NCBI GenBank assembly: GCA_963758915.1
Contig: CAVWXH010000005.1
Coordinates: 1-64,000 of the forward strand
Reading direction: 5' to 3'
DNA from: an uncultured Methanomicrobiales archaeon
GTDB lineage: Archaea > Halobacteriota > Methanomicrobia > Methanomicrobiales > Methanospirillaceae
DNA length: 64,000 bases
Shown here: positions 1 to 11,499 of the stretch, piece after piece
How the letters are laid out: each line of letters begins with the position of its first letter
Position numbering within the stretch: the stretch's first letter is position 1
The notes under the pieces: generated by a model
Told to the model about the DNA's origin: nothing
The model's database searches: none
Seen by the model: only the letters and a program-made list of their open reading frames with translations
Made by a program: the position numbers and the translations under genes

Positions 1-62
1 TTCTGTTTTATTGAATGAAGTCCAGATCCAGAGATATAGATTCCCGGCGGCATGGCAGAAGA

Positions 63-138
63 GTCATTGCGAGCACCCGCAGGGTGCGCGGCAATCTCGA
101 TCGAAACACCGAGATCGCTTCACGTGGTTCGCGATGAC
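63..138. repeat. REP/RPE-like palindromic intergenic element
   Basis: GTCATTGCGA(63-72) and TCGCGATGAC(129-138) form terminal inverted repeats with 1 mismatch. Internal GCAATCTC/GAGATCGC and GCACCC/GGGTGC stems. Lies downstream of the GT gene. Confidence 0.65.
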
Positions 139-196
139 AAATACTTATCGTTGGACGCGGTCAACGGTTGAATACCCCGAAACATGTTTCGCATGC

Positions 197-222
197 GTCA
201 TTCCCGCGGAAGCGGGAATCCA
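197..222. repeat. dRS3-like short palindrome (ATTCCC-N8-GGGAAT)
   Basis: GTCATTCCCGCGGAAGCGGGAATCCA contains ATTCCC(200-205)-N8-GGGAAT(214-219), a widespread bacterial intergenic repeat. Confidence 0.65.
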
Positions 223-241
223 TCGTGCACTCATCACAAAT

Positions 242-3200
242 TCATCGTTGCACCGAACAGCCGCTCCCCTGCCGGCTCCGGTCCGGCGATGGCGGGGTCG
301 GGCCGCAGGCGGCCTGAGGCTGCCAATCCAGCAGGCTCAGCAGTCGATCCGCCTCGTCCTTTTTTCCTGCCTTCCGCAGCTTCTCGATGACGGGAAGGAT
401 CTGGGAACGGAGCTGGAGCCCCTTCTCGCGAAGCCGCTGCAGGCATTCGGTGCTCTTCCCCGCGTGACCGGCCAGTGCGTGAGCGGCCGCAAGGAGGGTC
501 AGGGCAGGGGGATAGTCCGGTTCCTTTTTCAGGATTTTTTCCGCCATCCGGGTGGCCTTGCGGAGATCGCCTGTGAAGAATTCCGCGGCTGCGCAGTTGA
601 GCAGAAGCTCCCTCGTTCCGTTCGCCTGGCCGGCGACCTTCCGGGCTTCCTGGAGCGCCTCGTCGAAGCGATCCGCATTCAGGCAGGCATTGATGAGATT
701 CACGGTTGCCAGCTTCACGTCCTGCACCGGTTTGCCGTCGAGGAATCTCTTCCACAGCCGGATCGCGTCGTCGTACCGGCCCAGTTCGCCCGCCTGGATC
801 GCAAGCTCCAGGATCGCGCGCGGGGTGCCTCCCGATTCCTCGATCTTTTTCAGCCCGAGCAGATAGTAGCGCTTCCCCTTTTCGAGAACGCTCTCCCGGT
901 CGAGCTTTCCCGTGTGGTGGACCGGCACGTCGCATGCGGCGATGGTCATGCCGGCCCCGAGCATCGACTGCTCGACGAGTTCGTGCACGGCGCCGGAGAA
1001 ACGGATCCGGGGGTCGTTCCGGAAAAGCCGCACCTTGCCGTTGGGGTACCAGCCCGTCCCGGCCTCTTCGTCGCGGTAGGAGCCGTCATTGGCCACCCAC
1101 CCCGCGGTGTTTGCCTCGACCACGTAGTTCCGTGTGGTGAGATCATAGCCGCCGGTTCCGGCCGGGCTCTTCAGCGATGAGATCCGGAGCCTTTCATGAT
1201 CCCGGGACGATACGGTCTCGTCGGCGTCGATGACCAGGATCCAGTCGCCCGTTGCCCTTGAGAGGGAGAAGTTTCTCGCGCTGGCGAAATCATCTGTCCA
1301 GGGGAAGTCGAAGACCTTTGCCCCGAGGGACGCCGCGATTTCCTTCGTGCCGTCCGTGGAGCCCGTGTCGACGACGATCATCTCGTCGGCGAGGGTCTTC
1401 ACGCTCTCGAGGGCCCGGGCGATCGAGCGCTCCTCGTTCTTCACGATCATGCAGAGGGAAAGGCAGGGCCGCCCGCTGCCGGAGCGAGTCGATTTATGCG
1501 CTTTCTCGGGAGGAGCCTCCGTTTTTCCTGCGTCGTCGAGAGGGACCGCAGCCATCAGCGCCCCGATGTTTTCTGCCGTCGCCGGGATGCCGAGGGATGC
1601 AAGCATCGCGGACCAGCTTTTCCGTGCCGCCTCGAGAATCGTTTCGGCGTCCTCGTTCCGGCCGGCTTCGTGGAGCTTCTGTCCGTAGACCTGGTAGAAT
1701 GGGGCGCCGTTGATATTTCGTTTTCTTAATGTTTGAACCATTTCCTCTGCAGAGCCTTTCTCTCCCGACAGCAGCCGGGCCGCAGAGAGCAGGACGAACG
1801 CAGGCGGGTAATCGGGTGTTGCGGCAACCAGGCCCTCCAGGCGGCTGACGGCCTCCTTGTAACGGCCCGTGTAAAACTCGCAGAGGGCTGTGTTCAGGCC
1901 GGCCTCCTTGAGGCCGGGATCGATCGACAAGGCCGCCATAGAGGCCTCGCGGGCTTCACGCGTAGCGCCCCGTTTCGATGAGGGCGTGACCCAGGTTGAG
2001 GAAGGCAAGGTGGCGGTTCTCCCCGCAGCCCGATGCAAGGTAGCGATGCCACAGAGCGACGGCCTCGCCATATTTTTTCAACCGGGACGCCTGGACGGCA
2101 AGCTCGTAGACCGAGCGGGGATCGCCGCCCGTTTGATCGATCTTCTTTTTCCCGAGCCGGTAGTAGGACTCCCCTTTGGACGGTCCGCCGCCACCGGTGA
2201 CGGTGCCGTAGTGATGGACGATCACGTCGCAGGAACGCCACGCGAGCCCCGCCCTCTTCATGGACGGCTCCACCATCTCGTGGACGGCGCCCTCGTAGCG
2301 GATGCGCGGGTCGTTCCGGAACAGGCGGACCTTGACGCTGGGGAACCAGCCCGAAGCCGCTTCTTCCGATCCGTACGAGCCGTCGTTGGCGCGTCCAGCC
2401 CTCGAGGTTCATGTCGGGCGAATAATTCCTCGTCGTCACGAGCCAGCCCGCAGAGCCCTTCCGCTTCCCGGCATGCTTCAGGAGACCCTTGAGCTTCAAG
2501 CAGTCGGCCGGCGAGACCGCCTCGTCGGCGTCCAGACACGAGGATCCAGTCGCCCGTCGCCTTGGACAGGGCGGTGTTTCGCGCTTCGGCGAAATCGTCG
2601 TTCCACGGGGCATCGAAGACCTTCGCACCGAAAACCGCCGCAATATCCTTCGTGCGGTCCGTCGAGCCCGTGTCGACGACGATGATCTCGTCGACGGCGG
2701 CCTTGACGCTCGAGAGGCAGCGGACGAGGTTGGACTGCTCGTTTTTGACGATCATGCAGAGGGAAAGCGTTTCCCCGCCGTCTTTTTCCCGGATCTCCAG
2801 GGGACCGATCTTGCCGCGCACCTCGAGGGCGGCGGCGATGAACCCCTCGTCCACGTCGAAAGCCGCCATGGCGGCCTCGATCTCTTCCATCGCCCCGGCG
2901 TGTTTTTCCTGCGCTTATCAGGAGATCGATCAGGAGAAAGGCAATGCGGCGGCTTGATGGATAGAGCCCCCGGGCTTCTCGAAAGAGGTTCTCCGCACGG
3001 CCGTCAACCTCGAGCGATGTCGATGCCGCGTGATACCGGTCGGCAATATCCTCCACATGGGGAGAGAGGATAAAGCCCCTCTCCAGGAGAGACAGGGCTT
3101 CATTCCTGTTGCCAACGGACCACTGAAGGACACCCATGTTTGTCAAGGGTTCGCCCCAGGAGGGATCGGCCTCGGCCGCTTTCTTGAAAAAGGCCTTCGC

Positions 3201-6200
3201 TTTCTCCGCCTCACCGCGCTTGAACGCGATCACACCCTTGAGGTTCAGTGCCCGGGCTGATTGCGCACTCATCGCCAGGGCCCGATCCGCCTTGCGGCCG
3301 GCTTCCTCGTCCTCGTCTAGCCCTTCATGGATACATCCGAGCAAGGAAACGGTTTTTTCATCCTGCTCCCCGGGGTCACTTTCCCTGAGAAGATCCAGGG
3401 CCTCCCGGAAATGCTTCGTCTGCATCAGCATCTCCGCCAGGGCGAGGTAAAACTCTCTCTTCCAGGGAGCCAATTTGATCGCTTCGAGGCAGGCCTCTGT
3501 CGCGCCTTTGAGGTCACCCTGCTGGAAGCGCTCCTTTGCCTCTCTGAAGGCGAGCATGGCAAGAAAACGCTTACCGTCCGGAGTGCCGGCGTTGAGACAG
3601 CCCCCTTTCGCCGCGAAGGTACTCCGTTTCCTCTCCCCGGCTGCGCCACAGGGGATCCCCTGTCCGCTGCCGTCTCCGTTGCCTGATCGGTAGACGAGAA
3701 CGTCTCCGGCAATGAGATTCTGGTAGCCTGAATAGATCGATCTCAGGCACCATTCGTCCGGATCACATCCCTCTCTCTGCTGACCATCATGAGTGAGCCC
3801 GATTTCATCGGCCACGGTTCGTTTGAACATCATGCAGGATCTCGAGAGGCGATCGGAAAATACGCGGCGGTGCCTGTTCTGCTTCTGGAAAGCAGCGGCA
3901 TGGCTTTCAAGGTTACTCGTGGACAGTCCCTCGGTGCCGGGCACGTTCTGCCGGCCTTTCGTGTTGACCATCATGGGCCCCACAATCCCGATATCGGCGC
4001 TGCTTTCAAGCGCTTCGAGCATGCCTGCGGACCAGTTTTCCGTCACCACGATGTCCGGTTCCACAACGGCGACATATTTTCCTGTGCAGGAGCGAACCCC
4101 GAGGCGGACCGGATCGGAAACAGGGGGTTGACCGTCGGTTTGAACGACTCTGCACAAGGGATCCCTCTGGCTGATCTTTTTCAGCCATTTTTTGACGCCC
4201 GAAGCCGCCTCCGATTCCACGAAGACCATTTCATGCGGCTCCGGCGTCCATTTGCGGATCGAATCGACGCAACTCCTGAGATTCGAGGCCTCCCCGGAAA
4301 CCGGGATGATAATGGACAGAAGCTCCTGATGAATACCTTCTTTCCGGCTGGTCGGATCGCCTTGTCGTTTCTGCCGGACGATCGGTTTTCCGCACAGTTC
4401 ACGGACACGCTTCCTCACGGCCTCTGCGGCGTGGTCCCAGGTGAAGTTCGCTCGGATGAATTCAGCGGCCAGGGCACCCTTGGCAGCGGCTTCTTCCCTG
4501 TGAGTCTCCGCATGTCTCATCAGCCGGGCCAGGCCTTCTTTGTCCGGCTCGGCAAGCCAGGGGAAATCGACCGTGTCGAATTCGCCGATCCGCTTTTCCG
4601 GCAATCTCACCTCTTTCGCGGGAATCAGATAGGATGTTTTGTCATCGCAAAAGTCAAGCGCCGCTCCGTGGCCGGTCACGATGACCGGGAGCCCGCTGGC
4701 CATGGCCTCTGCGATGGGCAGGCCGAAGCCCTCGCCCCTGTAGGGGTGGACGAGGCAGTCGCAGGCCGTGTAGAGGCCGGCGATTTCCCGGTCGCTGAGC
4801 GTATGCTCGATGTACTCGATCTCGGGAGATCCCGGATCGGCCTGGAAGCGGCCGATCCAGTCCTTCGCCGTTTGCCCCTTGTAGAAGGTCTGTCCGCCCA
4901 TGTCCTTGATGACCAGGCAGACATCGTCCCCGGATGAGAATGTCTTCGTGTAGACATCGAGCAGGATGTCGATGCCCTTGCGTTGAATGGTGCCGCCCAC
5001 GAAGAGGAATTTGAATGTTTTCTTCGTCTTGAGCGGATAAGGGGCATTGTCGGGATTGAACAGGCCGATGTCCACCCCGTTGGGCACGACGAACACCCGT
5101 TCCGAGGGGACGCCGCTCTGGATGTAGCAGTCGCGGACGTAATGGCTGGGGACCCAGACCTCGTCGACGTGAGCGGACATGTTGCGGACCCATTCCCTGG
5201 GGATGCTCCCGAATTCCCATGGCTGGATGATGACCCAGTGACCCTCGGGCGGGGGGGTGAAGTTGGGCGGCCACTGATGACGGACATGCACGTCGGCGGG
5301 ACCGGACAGGGGTTTGTTCGTCCTTTCCGCGATCGGTTTGAAACGGGGTTCGTCCTTCGGGGTGAACTGGTCCCGTTCATAGGGCACGATGGAAACATCG
5401 CAGCCCCCCTCGATGAGGCGCAGGCACAATTCCCGGTTGACGAGGGCCAGGGAGTGATGGACAAACTGGGAGCCCTCCCAGCGGATTTTCAGGTCCGCGG
5501 CTGACAGAAATCTCTCCCGCCATGCCTCGTCGAAGGACTTCCGGAATTCCTTGAAATCCTTCACGACGGTGATCTCATCCCAGGGATCGAGAAAAACATG
5601 ATCGGAGGCATCCTTCCAGTCTTTCAGGTCGTCACCCCTCAGCGCGTGAAAGACAAACGTGGGGATGCCTGCCAGCGCCGAGAACGTCTTGCCCCACGAG
5701 TCGGCTCCGATGAAGAAATCACTGGCTGCAATGAGCTTCATCTGCTCGGCGAAGGAGTAGCTGCGCATGTCGATGGCATTGCCGAAACAGGGGTATTCAG
5801 CGGCTTCATCGGGCGTGCCGATGATGACCGGCCTCACGCCTTTCTTTTCCAGGTACGAGAGCAGGCGTCCCCAGTCCTGGGTGTTCAGGGCATTGCGCTT
5901 GCTTCCCACCATTCCCTTGAGGCTGCCCCTCGGCTGGAGGGTCACCTGCCGGGGCGCCAGGCGATTCTTCCCGAAGTTCACCGCCCATGCGGGCCGCTGC
6001 CGAATGCCGTAGGTCTTGAAAATGTCGAGGTCGGCATTCCATTCCTTGTAGTCGGCCGTTGTGGTCGGCGTTGCCCCGAGTCCGAGGCAGATGTCGGAGG
6101 ACTTGAAAAATCTCCGGGCGATGTAATGCCAGGTGTAATTCTTCGGGAAGGGGATGAAGTAGACCTTCTTCAGCTTCGGAAAGGCGTCAAAGAAGGACCT

Positions 6201-6466
6201 CATCATGACCGTCGAATTCGAAACGCTGACGATCGTCTGCTCCGGGTCGCTATCGTAGAACGCGGACAGCAACAGAAGGTGCGTCACCGGAACCGCCGAA
6301 GTGAACATGGCAGGAGGGAAAGCTCGACAGCAGGTTATGCATCCGGATGATTTCTTCCGGGCTGACCTCGTCAGGCCAGAAATGATCCGGCAGATAGGCA
6401 TATTTGCCTTCCTCACGGTCGATGAGGGTCTCTAGCTCAATGCTGTACAATTCCGTTTTCCAAATT
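242..6466 (-). CDS. Giant multidomain glycosyltransferase (GT9-like + GT4 + GT2 + TPR + GT2 + TPR + GT2 + TPR), 5'-truncated, ~5 frameshifts
   Basis: Joins ORFs 6250-6492, 2496-6416, 2258-2890, 1894-2643, 1956-2276 and 242-2071. Motifs: DSWGKTFSALAGIP (GT9-like), YRGEGFGLPIAEAMASG (GT4), LSIIIP (GT2), two SLCMIVKNE...VVDTGSTD...DADE (GT2), TPR helices. Indels near 6280, 2895, 2535, 2395 and 1960. Confidence 0.8.
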
Positions 6467-6754
6467 TTGCACCGCGATAGCGATATCGCCATGCCCCGTC
6501 ACGATCACGACCGGCAGGGCGATGCCCCGCCGCGCCAGCTCTGCCTGAACTTCCAGCCCGTCCATTTCCGGCATACGCACGTCGAGCAGAATGCAGCCCG
6601 GCTCCGCCCGCTTCGCTTCCTTCAGGAATGCGACGCCAGACGGCCAGCTGTTGACCCGGTATCCAGATGTTTTCAGCATGAAGGCTACCGACCGGCGGAT
6701 GCCCTCGTCATCGTCGACAATGTGGACGCAATGGCCGGGGCCGGTCTCAGGCAT
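6467..6754 (-). pseudogene. fixJ: FixJ-type response regulator, receiver fragment truncated at junction
   Basis: HIVDDDEGIRRS...CILLDVRMPEMDGLEV...VTGHGDIAIAVQ, then similarity stops abruptly. No KP motif or LuxR HTH. Confidence 0.75.
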
Positions 6755-6821
6755 CCTGGTCCTCCGTCTGCGCGTGAATCAGGGTGAAGTGAAATATAGC
6801 GCCGCCACTTCGCCCCGGTTC
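6747..6821 (-). pseudogene. C-terminal end of a FixL-like histidine kinase
   Basis: Translates EPGRSGGAIFHFTLIHAQTEDQDA*, the terminal GGxxFxFTL strand of HATPase_c. Its last codons overlap the fixJ start (ATGCCTGA). Confidence 0.6.
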
Positions 6822-7004
6822 TTTCTATTTTGACAATTTGTTGTTATTTCAAAAATATTCTCCCATTATTTCCCAACAAACACCGCCGCCTTCCTGTTCC
6901 TCCCATCCAATACAGCCAACACAGATCGTAAAGGAACCGTGTAATAAAAAGGCGAAATTGAAATATTCAATGCCCGTCCCGATGAAGATAATCGGGCGGA
7001 CCCG
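6819..7004. repeat. Direct repeat copy 1 (3' end of the element's terminal ORF plus conserved non-coding tail)
   Basis: Homologous to 13436-13602. Minus strand encodes GSARLSSSGRALNISISPFYYTVPLRSVLAVLDGRNRKAAVFVGK*. TGACAATTTGTTGTTATTTCAAAAATATTCTC is identical in both copies. Confidence 0.9.
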
Positions 7005-7110
7005 AATATGGCCTCTATGCGGGGATCATGGCCCCGCTTGGGTATTTTATATTTGCATCATCCCGCCAGGCATCGGTCGGGCCCAGTTCATCAGAAGCGT
7101 TGATGGTCGG
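7004..7110 (+). pseudogene. SulP sulfate/anion permease internal fragment
   Basis: Encodes EYGLYAGIMAPLGYFIFASSRQASVGPSSSEALMVG, the same peptide as 47216-47322, with synonymous differences only. Confidence 0.85.
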
Positions 7111-7198
7111 AGCATTTTACGGATATTTTACGAAGACGAGGGCTAGACTTACCTATTAGTGAATATCAGCCAGCCGGATTTCCCTTTAGGAAAAATAT

Positions 7199-8551
7199 CT
7201 ATGTTGATGACCCACCTTTCAGTTTCAGTTTTAATGCCTCACCATTCTTATATACCGAGAGCCGGTCCTCTTCGATCAGGGAGCCGACCTTGCTTTCCTC
7301 CTGGATGAGGGTTACGTGACGAAGGAGACTCTGTTGTGCATCGGGGGATTTTGCATCCTGGCTGATTACATCGATGGTCTTCAGCATGTGCAACAATACA
7401 CTTGCATTGTCGGAACTGGCATGACGGAGCATATCGAAGGCAGCGTTGAGTAACTCGTCAAACGTAACCGGGTCGAAAATAAGACGCAACTGCCCATTCC
7501 TGTCATAAATATTCGGGGTTATCGGGCCCTGCCTGACAAACATCGCGAGGCCGTTACCAATATGATCCAGGCATGTCATGGCCGTGAACGGGTCATTAAT
7601 CGCCGGAGACATGGCCCGGACTGCCATTTCGGTCAGCTGGTTAACCGCATATTCAGCATCCTGGGTGGGGGTACGCTGTCTTCCAAGATGGAACGTGTTC
7701 CTGATATTCTGGTCCAACTCTGTATCTATCCGTCCCGCGGGCCAGGTCCTGGCAATGACCATGCCACTTCTTACAAAATTGCCCGGCTTATTCACTATCC
7801 GTATCACGATATCGTTTTTTTCTGCGAGGGGGAGGATGGACTTAAGATCGATGTATTTGATATACCCCGTTCTATACATAACAACCAGGTGGGGTTCTGC
7901 CTCCATTATTGAATCCGGCAGATCTTTTTCGGTCTGACGTTTATATTCACCACCCCCGACATCTGTCCGGTTCTCTTCACTGACTACCTCATGCAATTCC
8001 ACGCCTGCCGCAGCTGCAATATTGGGGGCTTGTAACATTGTGCTGATATGCTGGATTAACAGGATTAATGAAGCGAATGATGCTATCAAGAGGTACAATC
8101 CTACCGTAACCGTAATATTAGGTGCATCAGGGTTTATTTCGGCCGAAGGAATAATTATGGCGGAAATAATGCTGTAGGTAAATGTAGCGACGAATATTCC
8201 AAGAACGAACTGGGTCGTGCGATCACCGAGAAATATGCGCAACAGGCGAGAGCCGTACTGGGCTGCAACTGTTGATAGTGGCAGGGTGAGGAGTGTGAAG
8301 ACCACCCCGGCGGTTGTCAGTATTACGGTGCCCATGTTCAACAAATAACCGCGTGATTCATCGACGGTGCCGGAAACCAGGAAACTGTAGGTATTCAGCA
8401 TGTCATTGGGGATTTGATTATCGAGCCAAAATATGAAAAACGCCAGGAACACCGCAATAAGTGCCATGATCCCCGGAATGAACAGGAAGTTCACTCTCAT
8501 CCGGTCCCAGGTGCGACGGCCTGCTATTCTCCTCTTTAATGAAATTTTCAT
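7199..8551 (-). CDS. DUF2254 family membrane protein (paralog of 37813-39159)
   Basis: 450 aa, 4 N-terminal TMs, AAQYGSRLL, QRTPTQD, AVRAMSPAINDPFTAMTCLD. Confidence 0.9.
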   Translation of the reverse strand: MKISLKRRIAGRRTWDRMRVNFLFIPGIMALIAVFLAFFIFWLDNQIPNDMLNTYSFLVSGTVDESRGYLLNMGTVILTTAGVVFTLLTLPLSTVAAQYGSRLLRIFLGDRTTQFVLGIFVATFTYSIISAIIIPSAEINPDAPNITVTVGLYLLIASFASLILLIQHISTMLQAPNIAAAAGVELHEVVSEENRTDVGGGEYKRQTEKDLPDSIMEAEPHLVVMYRTGYIKYIDLKSILPLAEKNDIVIRIVNKPGNFVRSGMVIARTWPAGRIDTELDQNIRNTFHLGRQRTPTQDAEYAVNQLTEMAVRAMSPAINDPFTAMTCLDHIGNGLAMFVRQGPITPNIYDRNGQLRLIFDPVTFDELLNAAFDMLRHASSDNASVLLHMLKTIDVISQDAKSPDAQQSLLRHVTLIQEESKVGSLIEEDRLSVYKNGEALKLKLKGGSST

Positions 8552-8980
8552 GCTATATTCACTCCTGTTGTTCCGTGATTGATGCTCATGCAGGATTGAT
8601 TACCATTCCTGATACCATACATAATTCATTCTTTCTACTATACATTAGGATTCGCTCATGCACGTGCACCCGATAAACGATTGCAGTTTCATCCATGTCT
8701 GGCGAGCGGAGGTGCGATATTACCGGAATGTCCCACTTTCTTTCGTCTGACAAGCAGGTCAGATCCGGATTGACAGTACCGATCCCAGATCAGCCAGGTT
8801 ATGTGCTTTTTACCGGGCATATTGAGCATGGGTATGGAATCCGTTGACCGTTTCGAACATCACTACCCCCCTCGCGCCCATAGAGCACTTAATGGATGCG
8901 ATAGTGAAGCAGAACATTTTTGTAGCACGCCTCGTACATTAGAACGATTATCTAAAAACAGCGTGATAGGGTGATTACTC

Positions 8981-10156
8981 ATGGAAAATACAGATACTAA
9001 CGATTTGAAATCTGGAGATCCCGGGTCCATGTCCCTGCCGGTGCCGGCATTTGCGGGTGGAACAAAGGCAATCACCAGGACTCCCGTTGTAGGTTCACCT
9101 CGACGGGAGTATGCCGATATGTTCGTCCCGGGCGAAGAAGCGCTCGAGGACGGCGAGATGCGGGTTACGGTGCTAGGAAGCGGCAATCCCTGGAACACGC
9201 GTGCCCAGGCCTCAGCCAGCATCCTCGTCGAGGTCGGTAATGCCGGGCGTGACCTCCTGGTTTTCGACCTCGGCAGCGGTTCCCTCGCGAACTATGCGAG
9301 CCTGAAGCTGCCGATCAACAAGCTCAACAAGGTGTTCCTGACTCACCTGCACGCTGACCATACGGGTGACCTCATCACGCTCTCGGGCAGCTGGTCGAAG
9401 GTAGGAAGGGCAGACGGGCCGATCTACGTATGGGGCCCCAGCGGCACCGAGCCCCGCCTTGGTACGCGGCACTTCGTTGAAGGGATTGAGGAAGCCCTCG
9501 CCTGGGACACCGCAGCCGGGAACGGGGTCATCAACCCGGAGAGTATGAAGATCGTGGTATCAGAGTCTGACTTCAGCAAAACCCAGGTGGTATACGAAGA
9601 GAACGGTGTCACGGTGATTTCGTTTCCCGTAGTCCACGCGCTGAGCGGTGCCGTCGGTTATAGAGTCGACTTCGCCGGCCTTTCGTTCGCTTTCTCGGGC
9701 GACACACGTGCCTGTTGGCCTCTCGTGCGTGCCTGCGAAGGTGGCGTTGACCTGCTCATCCACGAGTGTTTCCCACCCGCAGCGGCGCTCGCGGCCGCCT
9801 CGGGTCTCTCCATAGAGCGGGCGACGATCGCGCTCAATTCCGCCCACACCTCGCCGAAAGCTGCCGGCAAGGTGTTCGGGCTGGTAAAGCCGCGGGTGGC
9901 AGGCCTCTGGCATACGCTGCTTTCGCCCGAGGTGATCCGCATGGTCATGTCGGAACTTGGCGGCGTGTATAATGGCCCTGTCGTTCAGACCCAGGACCTG
10001 ACGGTATTCAACGTGACGAAGGAAGCTGTGGTCGCACGCCAGGCAAAACAATTCGACCAGCTGCCGCCGATGCCGGGCAAGCAGCGTGTCGTCTACACGC
10101 CTGTTGCACAAATTCCTCCGGATTGGTGGGCAGAGGCACTCATCCCACTCGATTAG
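8981..10156 (+). CDS. MBL-fold metallo-hydrolase (RNase Z/AtsA/GntH-like)
   Basis: VTVLGSGNP, FDLGSG, THLHADH, FSGDT, LLIHECF, AHT. Visibly higher GC than its flanks. Confidence 0.85.
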   Translation: MENTDTNDLKSGDPGSMSLPVPAFAGGTKAITRTPVVGSPRREYADMFVPGEEALEDGEMRVTVLGSGNPWNTRAQASASILVEVGNAGRDLLVFDLGSGSLANYASLKLPINKLNKVFLTHLHADHTGDLITLSGSWSKVGRADGPIYVWGPSGTEPRLGTRHFVEGIEEALAWDTAAGNGVINPESMKIVVSESDFSKTQVVYEENGVTVISFPVVHALSGAVGYRVDFAGLSFAFSGDTRACWPLVRACEGGVDLLIHECFPPAAALAAASGLSIERATIALNSAHTSPKAAGKVFGLVKPRVAGLWHTLLSPEVIRMVMSELGGVYNGPVVQTQDLTVFNVTKEAVVARQAKQFDQLPPMPGKQRVVYTPVAQIPPDWWAEALIPLD

Positions 10157-10354
10157 TTCCGGCATCCGCCATACGTGACGTATGCGGGAATCCCTGACTA
10201 CTAAAGGAGAATATTCATAAACATCACAATATGGAGAAAAGTTAATCATGGTTAACCAAGACAAGAAATTCAGCACGGTACAGCTGGATTGGAAAGAAGT
10301 GAGTTGTACCAACCGGCGAAGTGCTATCCGAAACCACCGACATGGAGCGTCCCA

Positions 10355-11315
10355 ATGAAACTACATCAGGTAAGCCAAAACTGCTATGCTGTTGAGAACG
10401 AGAAGAACCGCGTGTGCGATGCGAACTCGGGACTCATTAACTTGGGCGGCGGCGTGGTCATCGACACGCAATCGGACCTCGCCCATGCACGCCAGATGAA
10501 TACATTGTTCGGCACAGTCCGGGCGGGTATGCCGAAGCGGGTAATCATTACGCATGAAGACGGTGACCACGTCTGGGGAAACCAGCTCTTTCCTGGTGCT
10601 GAAATTATTTCGCATCGAACGATACCGGACCGCATGAAGGAAGTCGCCGACCCTGCGGAAATGCAGCATCTGATTAAAATTGCCGAGCAAATAGGGGCAA
10701 TTCACCCCGGTGCACTGGCAATCGCCCGGCAGCTTCAGCAGGACTACGACTTCGATGGGATCAACCTGGTGATGCCAACGACCTTGTTCGATGAGCGATA
10801 CACACTTGATCTTGACGGCACAGAAGTTCACCTGATCTATGTGGGGGCCTGCCACCAGCTCAGGGGATACGATCGTCCATGTACCTAAAGAAGGGGTGGT
10901 GTTCGCCGGCGACGTGATCTTTTCCGAATGTACCCCGAATGGCTGGATCGGCACCTACGAGAAATGGTTCAAGTGTCTCGATCTCATCATCTCACTCAAT
11001 CCGAAGGTCATTGTCCCGGGACATGGACCTATGTGTGGGATCGAAGGAGCGAAGGAGATGAAGGGATATCTCGAATATGTACGTGAGGAATCAGAGCGGT
11101 GCTTCAAGAAGGGGCTGACCTCCCTGGAGGCTTCTAAGCAGATTGATCTCGGCAAATACGGCACGTGGCATGCCCCGGCGAGACTCTATCTGAACGTCGA
11201 ACGAGCCTACCGGGAATTCCGCAAAGAACCGGCAGACGCACCATGGGATAAGGCAATGTGCTTCGATGTGATCGGTGAAGTGGCGAAGGCACGAGGGTTA
11301 GGACTCGAATTCTAA
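10355..11315 (+). CDS. MBL-fold hydrolase (cyclase-like), one frameshift ~10860
   Basis: ANSGLI, VVIDT, THEDGDHVWGN, then GDTIVHVP...FAGDVIF...IVPGHGP. Joins ORFs 10289-10888 and 10839-11315. Confidence 0.8.
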
Positions 11316-11499
11316 TGATCTGACAGGGATCTGAATGGATCCTCTGCCAGACCTTGACAAAACCTTTTTTTTCTCATTTCCCGGGATCCTGTTCCGGTTC
11401 ACGCTTATCTTTCAACCTGATTGAAGGGCATTCGTAATTGGGATTCTTCCGATAGCAATCCCGGCAATCTGCGGTGAAATGCCCGGGCAGGGATGGGAA

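Noticed and set aside
11-4937. Long plus-strand ORFs (11-1180, 3789-4937 and similar)
   Set aside because: Antisense shadows of the GC-rich glycosyltransferase gene with no motifs.
1-6820. Genuine transfer of a bacterial glycosyltransferase into the archaeon
   Set aside because: Genes are cut mid-domain at both junctions with no mobility signature, so chimeric assembly is more parsimonious.
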